From Octopus sinensis (Eukaryota), in contig NC_043009.1 of assembly GCF_006345805.1 (NCBI RefSeq), forward strand, positions 69,130,001 through 69,194,000: DNA of 64,000 bases, in the 5' to 3' direction. Made by a program: the position numbers and the translations under genes. Below, piece after piece: positions 13,096-26,480 of this stretch. Within the stretch, counting starts at the first letter, position 1. Each line of letters begins with the position of its first letter. The notes below the pieces were generated by a model, which saw only the letters and a list, made by a program, of their open reading frames with translations, was not told the origin of the DNA and searched no databases.

Positions 13096-13132
13096 CTATT
13101 ATTCTTAGGAGTTAGTAGATTTTTGTTTCATT

Positions 13133-13980
13133 GATGGAACCTGTGGAAGTGGTAGACCCAGGAAGACTAGGGATGAGGTGGTGAAGCACAGCCTTTGAAC
13201 ATTAGGCCTCACCAAGGCAATGACTAGTGATTGAGACCTTTGGAAATATGCTGTGCGTGAGAAGACCCGGCAAGACAAGTGAGACCATAACCTTGTGGCC
13301 TATGCCAGTGGTGTAACCAGCCCACTTGTACGTACCTTTCCTTTGGACACAAAACTCTGCTTGCAAAGACCTGTTGAGGTAAGTGAAATCGAAATCAAAA
13401 TTGAGTTCGAAATTGAACCTAATTTGGCTGGCACCCATGCCAACCTTCCTTCATTGGACACTAAACTCTGCTTGTGAAGACCTGTTGAGACAAACGAAAT
13501 CGAATTTGAACCAAATTCGATGACTGGCACCTGTGCCAATGGAACGCTAATAGCTCCATCCAAGTGGGATCACTGCCAGAGCAGCTGTCTACCTTCCATG
13601 CAGATGGCACGTAAAAAGCACCATTTTAGCATGTTTGTTACCGGTGTCACCTTACTGGCACAGTGCTGGTGGCACATGAACAAAACATTCGAGCAAGGTC
13701 ATTGCCAGTGCTGCTGGACTGACTCCTGTGAAGGTAACATGTATAAAACACTATTTGAGTATAGCCATTGCCAGTACCGCCTGACTGGCCCTCATGCCGG
13801 TGGCATGTAAAAGCACCCACTACACTCTTGGAGTGGTTGGTATTAGGAAGGGCATCCAGCTGTAGAAACTCTGCCAGATCAGATTGGAGCCTGGTGCAGC
13901 CGTCTGGTTCGCCAGTCCTCAGTCAAATTGTCCAACCCATGCTAGCATGAAAAGCGGACGTTAAATGATGATGATGATGA
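13133..13980 (+). mobile_element. RTE LINE 3' end (same family as 30690-32730)
   Basis: ggaacctgtgga...agacccaggaagac...gtggtgaagcac through the (GAT)n tail. Confidence 0.8.
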
Positions 13981-15077
13981 TAGATATCTTTCTTGTTTTG
14001 AATGGTCTGATGTTCCTTATATCATAACTTAATTGTTTGTTCCTGTCTGGGCTATTAAAGGTCTTTATTTAGTGAATCTTGCAAGCATGAAGTGGATTCG
14101 ATCCACTATAGCCAAATTTAAATTAGCAGTTCAACAGAACTTTTCTCATGGTGGAAAAATGATTTTTTTCAATGACAGCAGTTTTACATATGCCAGATGC
14201 CTTTAGCTAGGCCAAAATAATGTCTTCACCACTTGACCCTTATAACCTCTTCTACTTCACCAAAAGCTAGAATAGAGATATCACAGTACCACCAATGAAG
14301 CCCATTGTTCTCAAAGATATGCCTATCCTTCTGGATAGTTATAAAAGCAAGAACCCCAAGCAAAAATCTTTGGTCACTTGGTAATAACTGAGTGAGTTGG
14401 CTCGTGACAACTCAATCAGTAAGGAAACAGATTGCTAGAATCATGATCACAAGCAAAGCAACTACTAAAGACAATGGTCAGAGAGAGAAATGAAATTTAC
14501 TGTCAGCAACTTTGAGACCCAACTTCCCACGACCCTACAACTTTCACTTGTTCTAATTCTCTTCTCTTACAACATCATTCTATTGCTGTCTGTGGATTAC
14601 CGCTAACAATTTGTGTACGTCAAACTATGCAAGGAAAATCTACATCTATCTTTACTTTACATGCTTTTGGATTTCATCACCTGCCCGTCGAGGCGAGGTA
14701 TATACAAATGTAACAGTAAAAATAAATATTTCCTTAAAACTGCATGCATTGTTCATCTCTCGCATCTTACACCATGCTTTTACAATTTAATTTCAACCAA
14801 TACAAAAAATAATCTTAACCGTTACATATATATATATTGTTGGTCAAACCTATTCGTTCTAATAATGAATTCCTGAAGAAAAGCCTAATTTTGATTTCAA
14901 AAGGATTATTTTTTTTATGTTTTATTTTTGGAATTAATGAGGCTTGGAAACAATTTGTAGAATCTTTATTGGCTTTGTACCAACTTTTTTTGTCCTTTCC
15001 TTATACTTTTTTTATTGCTTATACAAATACTGAATATATACATTATTTACATTTGACATATATATATATATATATAT

Positions 15078-15533
15078 TGGTGAATTGAAGAAATGGAGCT
15101 GAATGCAGATTGAACAGAAATCGTTTTATTTCATTCTACACGTGTTTCGAAAGGCACAAATTACCAAAATCCGATTGAATAATGGGACCATATTGTGTCT
15201 TTCTCTTCAGGAAGAAAAAAGGAAATCCGTTGGAAAAACAAAAACAGAACAGAGGCAGAGCAAAAACAAATCGAACTGTGCTCCTAAGAGCCCATGGTGA
15301 GCCCATGGTTTCGCCATGGGCTCTTAGGAGCACAGTTCGATTTGTTTTTTGCTCTGCCTCTGTTCTGTTTTTGTTTTTCCAACGGATTTCCTTTTTTCTT
15401 CCTGAAGAGAAAGACACAATATGGTCCCATTATTCAATCGGATTTTGGTAATTTGTGCCTTTCGAAACACGTGTAGAATGAATAAAACGATTTCTGTTCA
15501 ATCTGCATTCAGCTCCATTTCTTCAATTCACCA
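15078..15533. repeat. Fold-back palindrome, ~220-bp arms, 16-nt loop
   Basis: 15078-15297 versus 15314-15533, one indel seen. The ORF track shows mirrored ORFs. Confidence 0.95.
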
Positions 15534-15688
15534 TAATGTTTTAATTTCAATTATCCGCACCAACGCACGGTTGCAACGCCAGATGGTTGTACCTCCAACC
15601 GTGCTGTTCACTGCTGTGATTTTGCTACTAAGGTATCGGTTAAACTTTTGATTAATCTACTACAAGATTATTCATCTTTCTATTTCAC

Positions 15689-15726
<38 letters not shown>

Positions 15727-15820
15727 AATAATGAGGGAGATAAATTAATATTAATTTTAATACCAATTTAAAACCAGTAGTCTAGCATACAAAAAATCTG
15801 AGAAATCAGAGAAAATTCTA

Positions 15821-16153
15821 ATATATGTGTATATTGGCAGGGCTTACTGCTAGGGAGTCGGCCGTATGCTAGAAATAGACCATCAATGATCAAAACTACA
15901 AGGAAATTCTCTAGGGGAAAAATACAGCGAACACCAGAACCAACTTTGGCGGGCATGACAGATGAAAATTTATATAAAAAAATTTAATTCTGTTTTTTAT
16001 ATAAATTTTCATCTGTCATGCCTGCCAAAGTTGGTTCTGGTGTTCGCTGTATTTTTCCCCTAGAGAATTTCCTTGTAGTTTTGATCATTGATGGTCTATT
16101 TCTAGCATACGGCCGACTCCCTAGCAGTAAGCCCTGCCAATATATACATATAT
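15821..16153. repeat. Fold-back palindrome, ~160-bp arms, 11-nt loop
   Basis: 15821-15981 versus 15993-16153, about two mismatches seen. Confidence 0.9.
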
Positions 16154-16204
16154 ATATATATATATATACATACACACATATATATATATGTACGTGTGTA
16201 GGTA

Positions 16205-16490
16205 TACAAGCACCCATGCCACTCGAAACATTGCGCCCAACCCATTGCCCAGTTGCTGTAGGCTTGCCAAAGCCTGCTCAATGTCTCTGTAGCAGACTTC
16301 CCAAGTTTTAACACAGAATTTCATATTGGCTCTTTGTTCCTGTCCATGACAAAACTGCAGGCTACAACATACACGCATGATCACAAAGACACAAATTTCA
16401 CAAGTTGCAAAGTAAACACAACAATGTCACTCAGCACACTGCCTCATGTTCTGCCATCTGTTGGCATGCTTTTTGTTAACACTTCAAATA
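16205..16490 (-). mobile_element. Mariner 5' fragment (family of 59821-60736)
   Basis: Minus-strand translation GQEQRANMKFCV..KSATETLSRLWQAYS closely matches the copy at 60 kb. Confidence 0.75.
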
Positions 16491-16539
16491 TACTCAAAAA
16501 TTAAGTAAAATCCCTGTTTCCCACCTGTAAAGGCTTGTC

Positions 16540-17035
<496 letters not shown>

Positions 17036-18924
17036 TATGAGGAAAGCCTTTTCAAAAGTTGTGTAGAAAGAGTTTTATATTCATTACAGTGAAGAGAACT
17101 TTTATTCTAGTCACTGTTGTGAACTGATGAAATGCTTAAAAGGAAATAAAACCGTTTGAATATAAAGGTCAGCAGACACGATCAAGTGAGAGAAAAGTTT
17201 AGAGAGGAAAAGAAAGAAAGAAAGAATGAAAGAATAAAAAATTCAAATTGTTAATTGAATATAGGTCAGTATTTGCTCAATTAAAAAAAAGTGACACTTT
17301 GCTATAATCTGAATAACAAGTTAAAGGAACTGATTTTTAACAATGTTTTTTTTTTTTTTTTAATTCCTGTAAGTGTAAATGTGTCAATTGGAATTTATGT
17401 GAAAAAATTTTTAATTTTCTCAAAGAGAATGTGTGTGCTTGCAAATTTCTTGAAAAATAGTTGTTTGTATATTTGTGAGTAGGAAGAAAAACCAACTCCA
17501 AGATTGCTTTTATATCATTACAATGGAAATTTAAAAAGAGTAAATACACAGAAATCAAATATTACAAAGAAACAATAAACATAGAAATAGAAAGAAGTAC
17601 ATATGTTACAACCCACCCTGCAACCAACAAGCAAAACACTTTATAGCAAAAAAAAAAGAGAAAAAAACAGATTTTAAAGGTTACTGAAACATTTTCCACC
17701 TGAGCAAAAATACGACAAACTACAAAATAAAATCATGAGTTTTCCTTTGTCCCACCAATAACTTCTCTCAAATGACAGCAAATTCCAACCAAGTAAAACT
17801 GGAAATAAAAAAGAATGAGCCAAAATCCTATTAACAATGACACAAATCATTGTGATATTCGAAAAACACTTGCCCTCAATGAGAAGAATGTTTTACTAAA
17901 GACCAGCTTAAGTGACCTCTCTCCACTTTTTCTTTTGTCTTCCTCTCCAGCTACTAAAATGGCATTACTAAAAGTAGGTAGTATACTTGTACATTAGCAA
18001 GCCAGGACAAAAAAATCCAAGACAAAAAAATCACTCAACCTCCTTCTAAAAGACTATGAGACCTACTTAAACAGATTGGATGATGTAGTGGGGCTGTTTT
18101 GGTAAGGCCTGGTCCCAGAGGTAAATACTATTTTTCTAGACCCATCAACACACTCAGTGATGCTAACAATAATTATGTTTTATAAATTAAGCAGTTTCAA
18201 AAAATTAATTAGTCTGTAGAGAATTTGCAGTCTGTAATGTTTGGAGGCCTTCTTCCTATAGTGAGATCAGCGCTGTAGATTTGTGGCCATTTATACCCTG
18301 AACAAGAGTGGGAAGACCAAACTTCTTCAGACGTCTGAAGACATTCCTTGGAACATCTCACTTATTTGTGTTAGTAGGTGATCAGAATAACATTTTGTAT
18401 GCATGCAGAATTCTTATGGGTATAGCTGATAAAGAAAAGGGTCATAAAAGCCTTGCACACCTGATCAGGCACTTCTAACTGCCTCACAGGTTTTGTCTTT
18501 ATGTTCCACATACACCATTGTAGTCTTGGATTAATTCAAGCAGATCATCCGAATTATATAGAATTATTGTTAGGTTAGCAGGCAGGATTAATGTATATTA
18601 TTCACGGTTTCTGATGGTTGTTTACATGGACCAGAAAATTGTGATGTGTACAGTCGACTTTGAATAGCCCAAATAGACAGGGGCTGGAAGCTGAATGCAT
18701 CTCTTCTGATGCAGAAAGATTTCAAAGGCTGGACCAGCAAACTTGCTAAGTAAGAGTTGAAGGGAACCCTCATCAACAACAGCTGGTCTTAAAAGGGAAC
18801 AATTTGGATAGAATCGATTAGCTTCAGTAAAGAGATAGATATTGAGAATGGTAAGATACAGAAGGAATTAAACCATTCAGGAGAGACTCAAAGAAGAAGC
18901 ATCGTGAATGACTTACTTTTTACT

Positions 18925-19268
18925 CTTTTTACTCTTTTACTTGTTTCAGTCATTTGACTGCAGCCATGCTGGAGCACCGCCTTTAGTCGAGTAAATCAAC
19001 CCCAGGACTTATTCTTTATAAGCCTAGTACTTATTCTATTGGCCTCTTTTGCTGAACCACTAAGTTACGGGGACGTAAACACACCAGCACCTGTTGTCAA
19101 GCGATGTTGGGGGGACAAACACAGACACACAAACACATGCATACATATATACGACGGGCTTCTTTCAGTTTCCGTCTACCAAATCCACTCACAAGGCTTT
19201 GGTTGACTCGAGGCTATAGTAGAAGACACTTGCCCAAGGTGCCATGCAGTGGGACTGAACCCGGAACC
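18925..19268 (-). mobile_element. SINE family A (ttactcttttacttgtttcagtcatttg...gggactgaacccggaac)
   Basis: Near full-length copy of a family also at 28445, 33794, 42275, 44008 and 47265. Confidence 0.85.
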
Positions 19269-19269
19269 T

Positions 19270-20990
19270 AGCAGTAAGAATGACCCTCAAGTATTTCTTC
19301 AATATAAAGTACAAAAGATGTCACTCCTGCTGAGGTGCATGTGCTGAAATATGAGGATACGGAAGCAGTTCAATGGTCTCACCTGACAGAAATGCAGAGT
19401 GGCAGCAAGGCCAGAATTCAGTCTGTGATGGACCCCTACTGGCACGTGCTCTCCTCCCTTGCCAAACACAGACAAGTGCAGCTTTCCGATAAGTACTTTA
19501 CCTAACTGTTCTCATTGCACGAGAGACAAGAGACAAGATATTTTGATGTCTACGTTGATGGTTTCTTGTGACTCTTGAGCAGAGAGATAGACTGCTACAA
19601 AATGCTGATGTCGATAAACGAAGTGGCGCACATGCTGAGCTACTCTGTGAGGTCCAGAGACCGCCATGATTGGATGGTCTTCTTTATGAGCTTCATTTCT
19701 ATAACACCATACTTGTTCACTCTTGTCTTTTTATCCATCTGACAACAGAACTGAAGCATCCCCAGCTGAGTTAACTGGGGAGGGGTGAGGCTGAGGAAGG
19801 AGGATGCAAACAAGAAGGACAGGGTTAAGAATTTCAGGCCAATAATTCTGCTTAACACAAATTCAAAGAATTTGGCAAAGGTGCTCTCCAAAAGGCTAGC
19901 ACTTGTCTGCAAAAGTGAATCAGAAAAGGAAAAACATTATGCACTCACTACCGTGTACAGTTCTCAGAAACCATTGAACTTCAAACACATGATCCTCCAA
20001 GAATGCCCTCTCGCCATGCTGCCATGTTTTGGTTTTGGAGCTATTACCATGGAGAATAGAGACTTTGAAAGGTTACCCATTCAAAGAGGGTCACAGGAAG
20101 CCATATCAACATATGCAGACAGAAGTGGTCGACATTGTACTGGTGGAATACGAGGAGTGTACAGGAACTCACACCAGAGACGAGTCAGTGGGCATCAGAT
20201 GAAACAAGTCACTTAGCATCAGTCCTGGCAGGCAGCAGTGATTTCTATCACTGGACTGAGCACCTGGTGCTCGAGGTTTGGTTTGGAGCAGACCTTCAGG
20301 TGGAATAGGAACTGGGAAAAGGTTATGAGAAGTGTGGCAAGTCACATTCAGAAATAGGTAAAAGTTGGGTGGAAGTGACTAATGCAACCATTTCCCCAGA
20401 GATGTAGCTTGTCCCCATGAAACACCTGACCAGGTTGAAATGTATGCTTTTCTGGTCCTTATAGAAGGGGCAGATTCTACTGATCAGGGAATCCATCTAC
20501 TGGCAATAGCCACTGTTTGATGGTCTTAGAGTGCTGCTGCTTATATGTGCTGATACACCTGTAGAAATATTTAGATCATTGCGATTATGACAATGTCGAC
20601 AAAAACAAAAGAGAAATTAGCATGGGTACCCTTCATGCAACAAGTCTGTTCACAGCCCGTGTCTTTGACTTAACTGAAATTATGGCTGAAGCTTAGACCA
20701 AGGTTGGGTGCTTGGGACATAGAAAATTATCAAAGACTTACAGCAATCGACTACTATTGGTGGTAATACAACTCTTGCATTCTAGAAAGGGTTAGTAGAG
20801 TGTAGGAGCGAAGGTAGCCTGGGAATGGCTCTGGTCATCAACGATAACGGTCTAAGCTGTCAGTACATAAGAACTTTCAAGTCGAGGATTTTGGGCAACT
20901 TCTCAAAGTCTCAAAGTATGGCAGTGCTACAAGAGGGATGAACATTATCTGTTCAAGATACAGAATAATCCAAGTTCTTGTGCCGATTTC
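19270..20990 (+). mobile_element. Decayed L1/Tx1-like LINE ORF2 fragment
   Basis: KNFRPIILLNTNSKNLAKVLSKRL resembles the L1/Tx1 RT motif RPISLLNxDxKILAKVLAxRL. Many stops. Confidence 0.6.
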
Positions 20991-21136
20991 CCTTCACCAA
21001 AAAGTCTTCCCTAGCATTGAGAACTTTCTAGTTATAGATATTTTTAAAAACTTTTTTTCTGTTGTTGCCAACCATATTTTTGTATTTGTTTTTTGTTGCC
21101 CTTAATGTGTTGAGTTCTTGTGGCCAATAAAAGAAG

Positions 21137-21167
<31 letters not shown>

Positions 21168-22104
21168 TATGGCAGTGAAATAAAAGTATACAAAGCACTG
21201 AACAAAATTCCTTACCGTATTTAGTTATCTCACTCTTTTTGAACCTTCTTTACTGTTTAATTCTCTCTCCCTCTCTATCTCTATCTCTATCTTTCTCTCT
21301 CTCCTCCCTTTATCTGTCTATGTTTCTCTTTGCCTCTCTCTCTCTCTTTCTATTTACCTACTTGTTTCTCTCTCTCTCTCTCTCTCTTTCTCCCTTTCTC
21401 TCTCTCCACCTGCCATTCCCTCCCATACACACAAGACAAACAGTATGGTAATGCTTCTGTGACAATATATTTCTTGCAGTAATCAGTAACTCTGCCGGCT
21501 TTCTTCGATGTCGGTTTAACCTTATTGAGTGGAAAAAAAATGAAAATAAACATCAAATTGTCATACTGACAGGTCAGTTAATTACATAGATTACAACAAC
21601 AACAGCAACAACAACAACAACAAGGTTTTGCTGATATGAAGAGAGAAAAATAAAGATGAAATGAGAGAAAGAGTAAGAGAGAGTGAGAGTAAGAGAGAGA
21701 GAGAAGTTAAGATAAAAAAGTAATTATCTTTTGAATTTTTAAACATTATCTCATTAATAAGAATTCATTGTGAAATATCAGTCATTAAAATAACTGTTGC
21801 AGGAGAGAGTGAGGAATGGTATCTAGGATGGATGCTTCAAGAATGGCTTCAGAAACAAAACAAAACAGAGAAAGCAATTACACAAAGATAGTTAATCTTT
21901 TCTCTCCAATTCCTTCCCCACCGTCCTCTCACCCACTGACCCGACACCCTGCCTCTAGTTTGGATGTGATCGCTTCATAAATAATGTAGATTGTTTTTTC
22001 ATGCTGTCATATCTTCACAGATGAGCATCAAATGGAAGAATCAGCAGAGTAAACATGGATAATTATCGTTATTATCATTATAATTAATATCATAAATTAA
22101 TAAT

Positions 22105-22888
22105 AATTATAATAATAATAATAATAATAATAATAATCTTTTCTATTAGAAGTACAAAGCCTTAAATTTGGGGGAAGGGATAAAGTCGATTACATCGACC
22201 CCAATGCACAACTGGTACTTAATTTATCAACCCCCGAAAGGATGAAGGACAAAGCCAATCTCAGTGGAATAATAATAATAATAATCATCATCATCATCGT
22301 TTAACGTCCGCTTTCCATGCTAGCATGGGTTGGACGATTCAACTGGGGTCTGGCAAGCTCGAGGGCTGCACCAGGCCAGTCAGATCTGGCAGTGTTTCTA
22401 CAGCTGGATGCCCTTCCTCCAATAATAATAGTAATAAAAGCAGTGAGCTGGCAGAAACATTAGCATGCTGGGCGAAATGCCTGGTGGTATTTCGTCTGCC
22501 GTTACGTTCTGAGTTCAAATTCCTCCGAGGTCAACTTTGCCTTTCATCCTTTCGGGGTCGATTAAATAAGTACCAGTTATGCACTGAGGTCGACATAATC
22601 AATTTAATCCCTTTGCCTGTCACCTATGTTTAGCCCCTTGTGGGCAATAAAGAAATAAATAAGAATCATAATAATTCTTTCTATTAGACGCACAAGGTCT
22701 GAAATTCTGGGGGAGGGGGCTAGTCAGTTGCATTGACCCCAGTAGTCAACTGGTACATATTTCATCAACTTTGAAAGGATGAAAGGCCAAGTCAACTTCA
22801 ACAGAATTTGAACTCAGAATGTAAAGACAGGTGAAATACCACTAAGCATTTCACCTGACATGCTAATAGTTATGCTAGCTTGTCACTT

Positions 22889-22932
<44 letters not shown>

Positions 22933-23155
22933 CATTTCTGCTATAGGCACAAGGCCTGAAAATTTTGGGGAAGGACCTGTTGATTAGATCAATCTCAGTA
23001 CACAACTGGTACTTGATTTATTAACCCTAAAAGGATAAAAGGCAAAGTCAACCTCGGTGGATTTTGAACTCAGAACAAAGCAATGGGCCAAATACCGCAA
23101 AGCAATGGCCAAATACCGCAAAGCATGCTAACGATTTTGCCAGCTCACCACCTTA
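22105..23155. mobile_element. Cluster of SINE family B copies and an RTE tail, separated by (TAA)n
   Basis: At least four B-family copies in both orientations, separated by aataat tracts. Confidence 0.75.
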
Positions 23156-23177
23156 ATAATAATAATGATAATAATAA

Positions 23178-23860
23178 TGTGGGAAGAGGGCTGAAAGTGT
23201 GACTCACATTGTTAGTGCTTGTGAAAGTCTGGCACACGGAGAATACAAGCATAGACACGACAAGGTAACCCAAAGCTTCCACTGGCTACTATATCTTAAG
23301 TATGGATATGAGGTTATGGGTGCTTGGTAACAACATACACCAGAAAAGGTTATGGACGAAAAGGAGGAGGCAAAAATCCTCTAGAACTTTGACTTCCAGA
23401 CAGACAAGGTATTAGAGCACCGAAGGCCGGATATAGTAACCTTTAGGAGGGAGAAACAAGAGTGGCTAATAATTGACGTGGCAGTGCCAGGAGATCAACA
23501 TATCATCATTAAAGAACGAGAAAAGGTTGATAAATATGGGAACCCCAAAATTGAGATCACTAAGATATGGCAGCTACGAGAGTTGAACATAAAGGTTATC
23601 CCTATTGTCATCAGAGCATTGGATTCAATACCACCCAATCTGAAAAAACATCTGTAAACCTTAGAAATATCCTGCAATGAAGATGTGTTGCAAAAGTCGG
23701 CATTACTTGGAACTGCATGCATATTGTGTAAAGTACTGTCTGTCTGAGGTCCTTGTTGTGACTTGACAAACAGTACAAACCCCCGGTCGGCACAATATCT
23801 TCAATCAACAACCTCACGATATTGTATACTGTGTGACGTCTATAATAATGATAATAATAA
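23178..23860 (+). mobile_element. R4/Dong-like RLE non-LTR retrotransposon, 3' fragment
   Basis: Degenerate EYKHRHDKV..HW and NFDFQTDKVLEHRRPDIV (restriction-like endonuclease region). Flanked by (TAA)n. Confidence 0.7.
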
Positions 23861-24574
23861 ACAAAAACAGCAGAGAACAAGTTAATGGGGATAAATCTAC
23901 CATAGAGGAAAGAGGGTCCCTTTAGCCTTGGTTGGCAACCCCTTAGAGATGGTGTCTTGATAAAAAAAACATTGGTGGTTGTGACATATCACCAATATGG
24001 CCTTCATTATGAGTGTAATGCCAAATAAAATTTATCCCAACTTCATTCCAAGTGAAAGTCTCTTGCACAGCAAGTGCTCCACTGGACAGCAGGGTGGATC
24101 TAGTCATTACCCAAATACTACCACAAACGTGAGGAGAAAATGGACTTATAATGACATTAAAACTGTAACGAAATTGCTAGAGAGATTGAAATTGAAACTC
24201 GCAGAAAAGTGCAATCCTGTATTCTGCAAGAATCTTCAAGAAGTTTCTTGAGATTTCAGCAGACTTGTCACCAAACATAAAAAAAATGTACTTGCTAACT
24301 AAATTAGCATGCACTTGCATAATAATAATAATAGGGCTACAGCAAATATTCTGCTCAATATCACAGATATGGTTGTCAGTTGCTTGACCTTAACCGGTTG
24401 ACGATGTCCCTTAGTGGCCGACAATATGTACATTTCTGATCTCAAGCAGGAGTAGTGGGGGAGCATCATAGCCATGTGTTGAGGGGAATCCATTAAGGTT
24501 GAATAATTAACCTCTGAAGGCATGGTGTTTTGCTCATCATCCGTGGCCCTCAGGGATGCTTAACCTGAAGAAAA

Positions 24575-25075
24575 TTCTAGACAGGTCCCACCTGGAAATA
24601 CATGGTACAATCATTGAGTTGAAAGAGAATTGGAGTTGGAGAACTGTAAGATTTTGTGGGACTTTCCTCTTCCAATGAACAAGAAGTTAGAAAATAATAG
24701 ATCAGACATAATGATTATAAATAAGGAAAAGCAAAGTTGCTTACTTATTGATCCATCATGTCCAATTGATTCCAGATGTAATAGGAAGAATTTGGAGCAT
24801 GTGAACAGAGAAAGTTGTAGCTATAATAATTGGTGCGTTGGGAAGAGTAAGCCAAGATATAGACAAACGGCTGAAGGAGATTGGAATAGAATGCCTGGTG
24901 GAGCTTCTACAGAATGTTTGTCACTTAGGACAGCAGGGATTATTAGGAGGGTTCTAAGCATTTGAAAGACTGCTGAAAACTTGTGGATAGCTAAAGTTAC
25001 ATGTAGCAACCTGCTATTCACATAATGATTACCAGGAATAAGACCAAACCTGAGCCAAACCAAAATAACAACAAT
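24575..25075 (+). mobile_element. R4/Dong-like RLE element, 3' fragment
   Basis: ENCKILWDFPLPMNKKLENNRSDIMIINK. Confidence 0.65.
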
Positions 25076-25104
25076 AACAACAACAACAACAACAATAATA
25101 AAAT

Positions 25105-25610
25105 AGACACTGGCTCTCATGGCTTCTGATCTTACTTGACTGGAAGTGTTATCATGTACATTGTTTTGTCTTGGTATAAAAGATGGGCTACAGCAAATAT
25201 TCTGCTCAATACCACAGAATTGCTTGTCAGTTGTTTGACCTTAACCAGTTGACCATGTCCCTCAGTGGCTGACGATATGTGCATCTCTGATCATGAGCAG
25301 AAGTAGTGGGGGAGCATCATAGTCATTTGTTGAGAGGAATTCTTTGGGGTTTGAATAATTCACCCCCAGAAACACGTGTTTCATTCAACATCCTTAAACA
25401 ATTCTTATTCAGGGCTACTTGACTTGAAGAAAATTCTAACTGGACTCTACCTGCAAGGTCATATGCTGCTTATTGTGATATGAAATCCCCATATTGTACA
25501 CATGTTTATGATGCATGTGCCTGGTGTATCCTTATCAGATGGGTGGTCATGATGGGCTTCGTATATTTGTACCCCAGTTTCACTCTGATGGCATGTGTTG
25601 CTCTCTCACA
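25105..25610. repeat. Unclassified ~550-bp interspersed element (also 54215-54768; partial at 24330-24600)
   Basis: Copies share long high-identity stretches (tggctctcatggcttctgatctt...tgctctctcac). Bounded by AAT/AAC tracts. Confidence 0.8.
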
Positions 25611-26271
25611 CAATAATAATAATAATAATAATAACAATAATGATGATATTTTTTTTTCCACCAAAGGCACAGGACCTGAAATTTGGGGTTGGGGAAGGGG
25701 CCAGTCATTTACATCGACCGCAGTGCACAACTGGTATTTATTTCCTCGACTCTGAAGGGACGAAAGGCAAAGCTGACCTCAGTAAAATTTGAACTCAGAA
25801 CTTAGATGGACAAAATGCTGCTGAGCCCTTCACCCAGCGTGCAAACGAATTTGCCAGCTTGCCTTGTTAACAATTTCCAAAATAAGCTCAAGGCCATAAA
25901 TGTTCTGCAGGGAGGGGGTTTAGTTAATTAAACTGATCTCAGTTCTTGATTGATAATTTATTTAATCAACCTTGAAAAGATGAAGAGTAAATTTGATCTT
26001 AGCAGGATTTGAACTCACAATGTAACGAAATACTGCAAGGCATTTTCTCATCATTCTACAAATTCTGTCACATGATGATGATGATGATGATGATGATGGA
26101 ACATTCTAAATAGATTTGTTTATTTTATTTTCTTATCAGGGTTAACAACTTAAGGGTTATTACAAGTTCAAGTATAATTAGTCTCAGCACAGGAGGGACT
26201 TGGAATGTTTGATTAACAACAGTAAAAAAAAATGGTTAAATGACAGGAATAGAAGAACGAGGAAATAACAG

Positions 26272-26480
26272 AACTACCACCACCACCACTACTGCAACCA
26301 TCACCACCACAACCACCACAACCATCACCACCACCATCCCCACCATCACCACCACTACTACAACCACCACCACCATCACCAACACCAGTAAAATCAGCCA
26401 CATTCTGAATAACTTCAATAACAACTCCAATATGAATAGCAACAACAACAACAACTGTAACAAGACCAACAAAAGCAACA
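26272..26480. repeat. (CCA/CAA)n low-complexity tract
   Basis: Explains the poly-T, poly-V and poly-G ORFs in the track. Confidence 0.85.
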
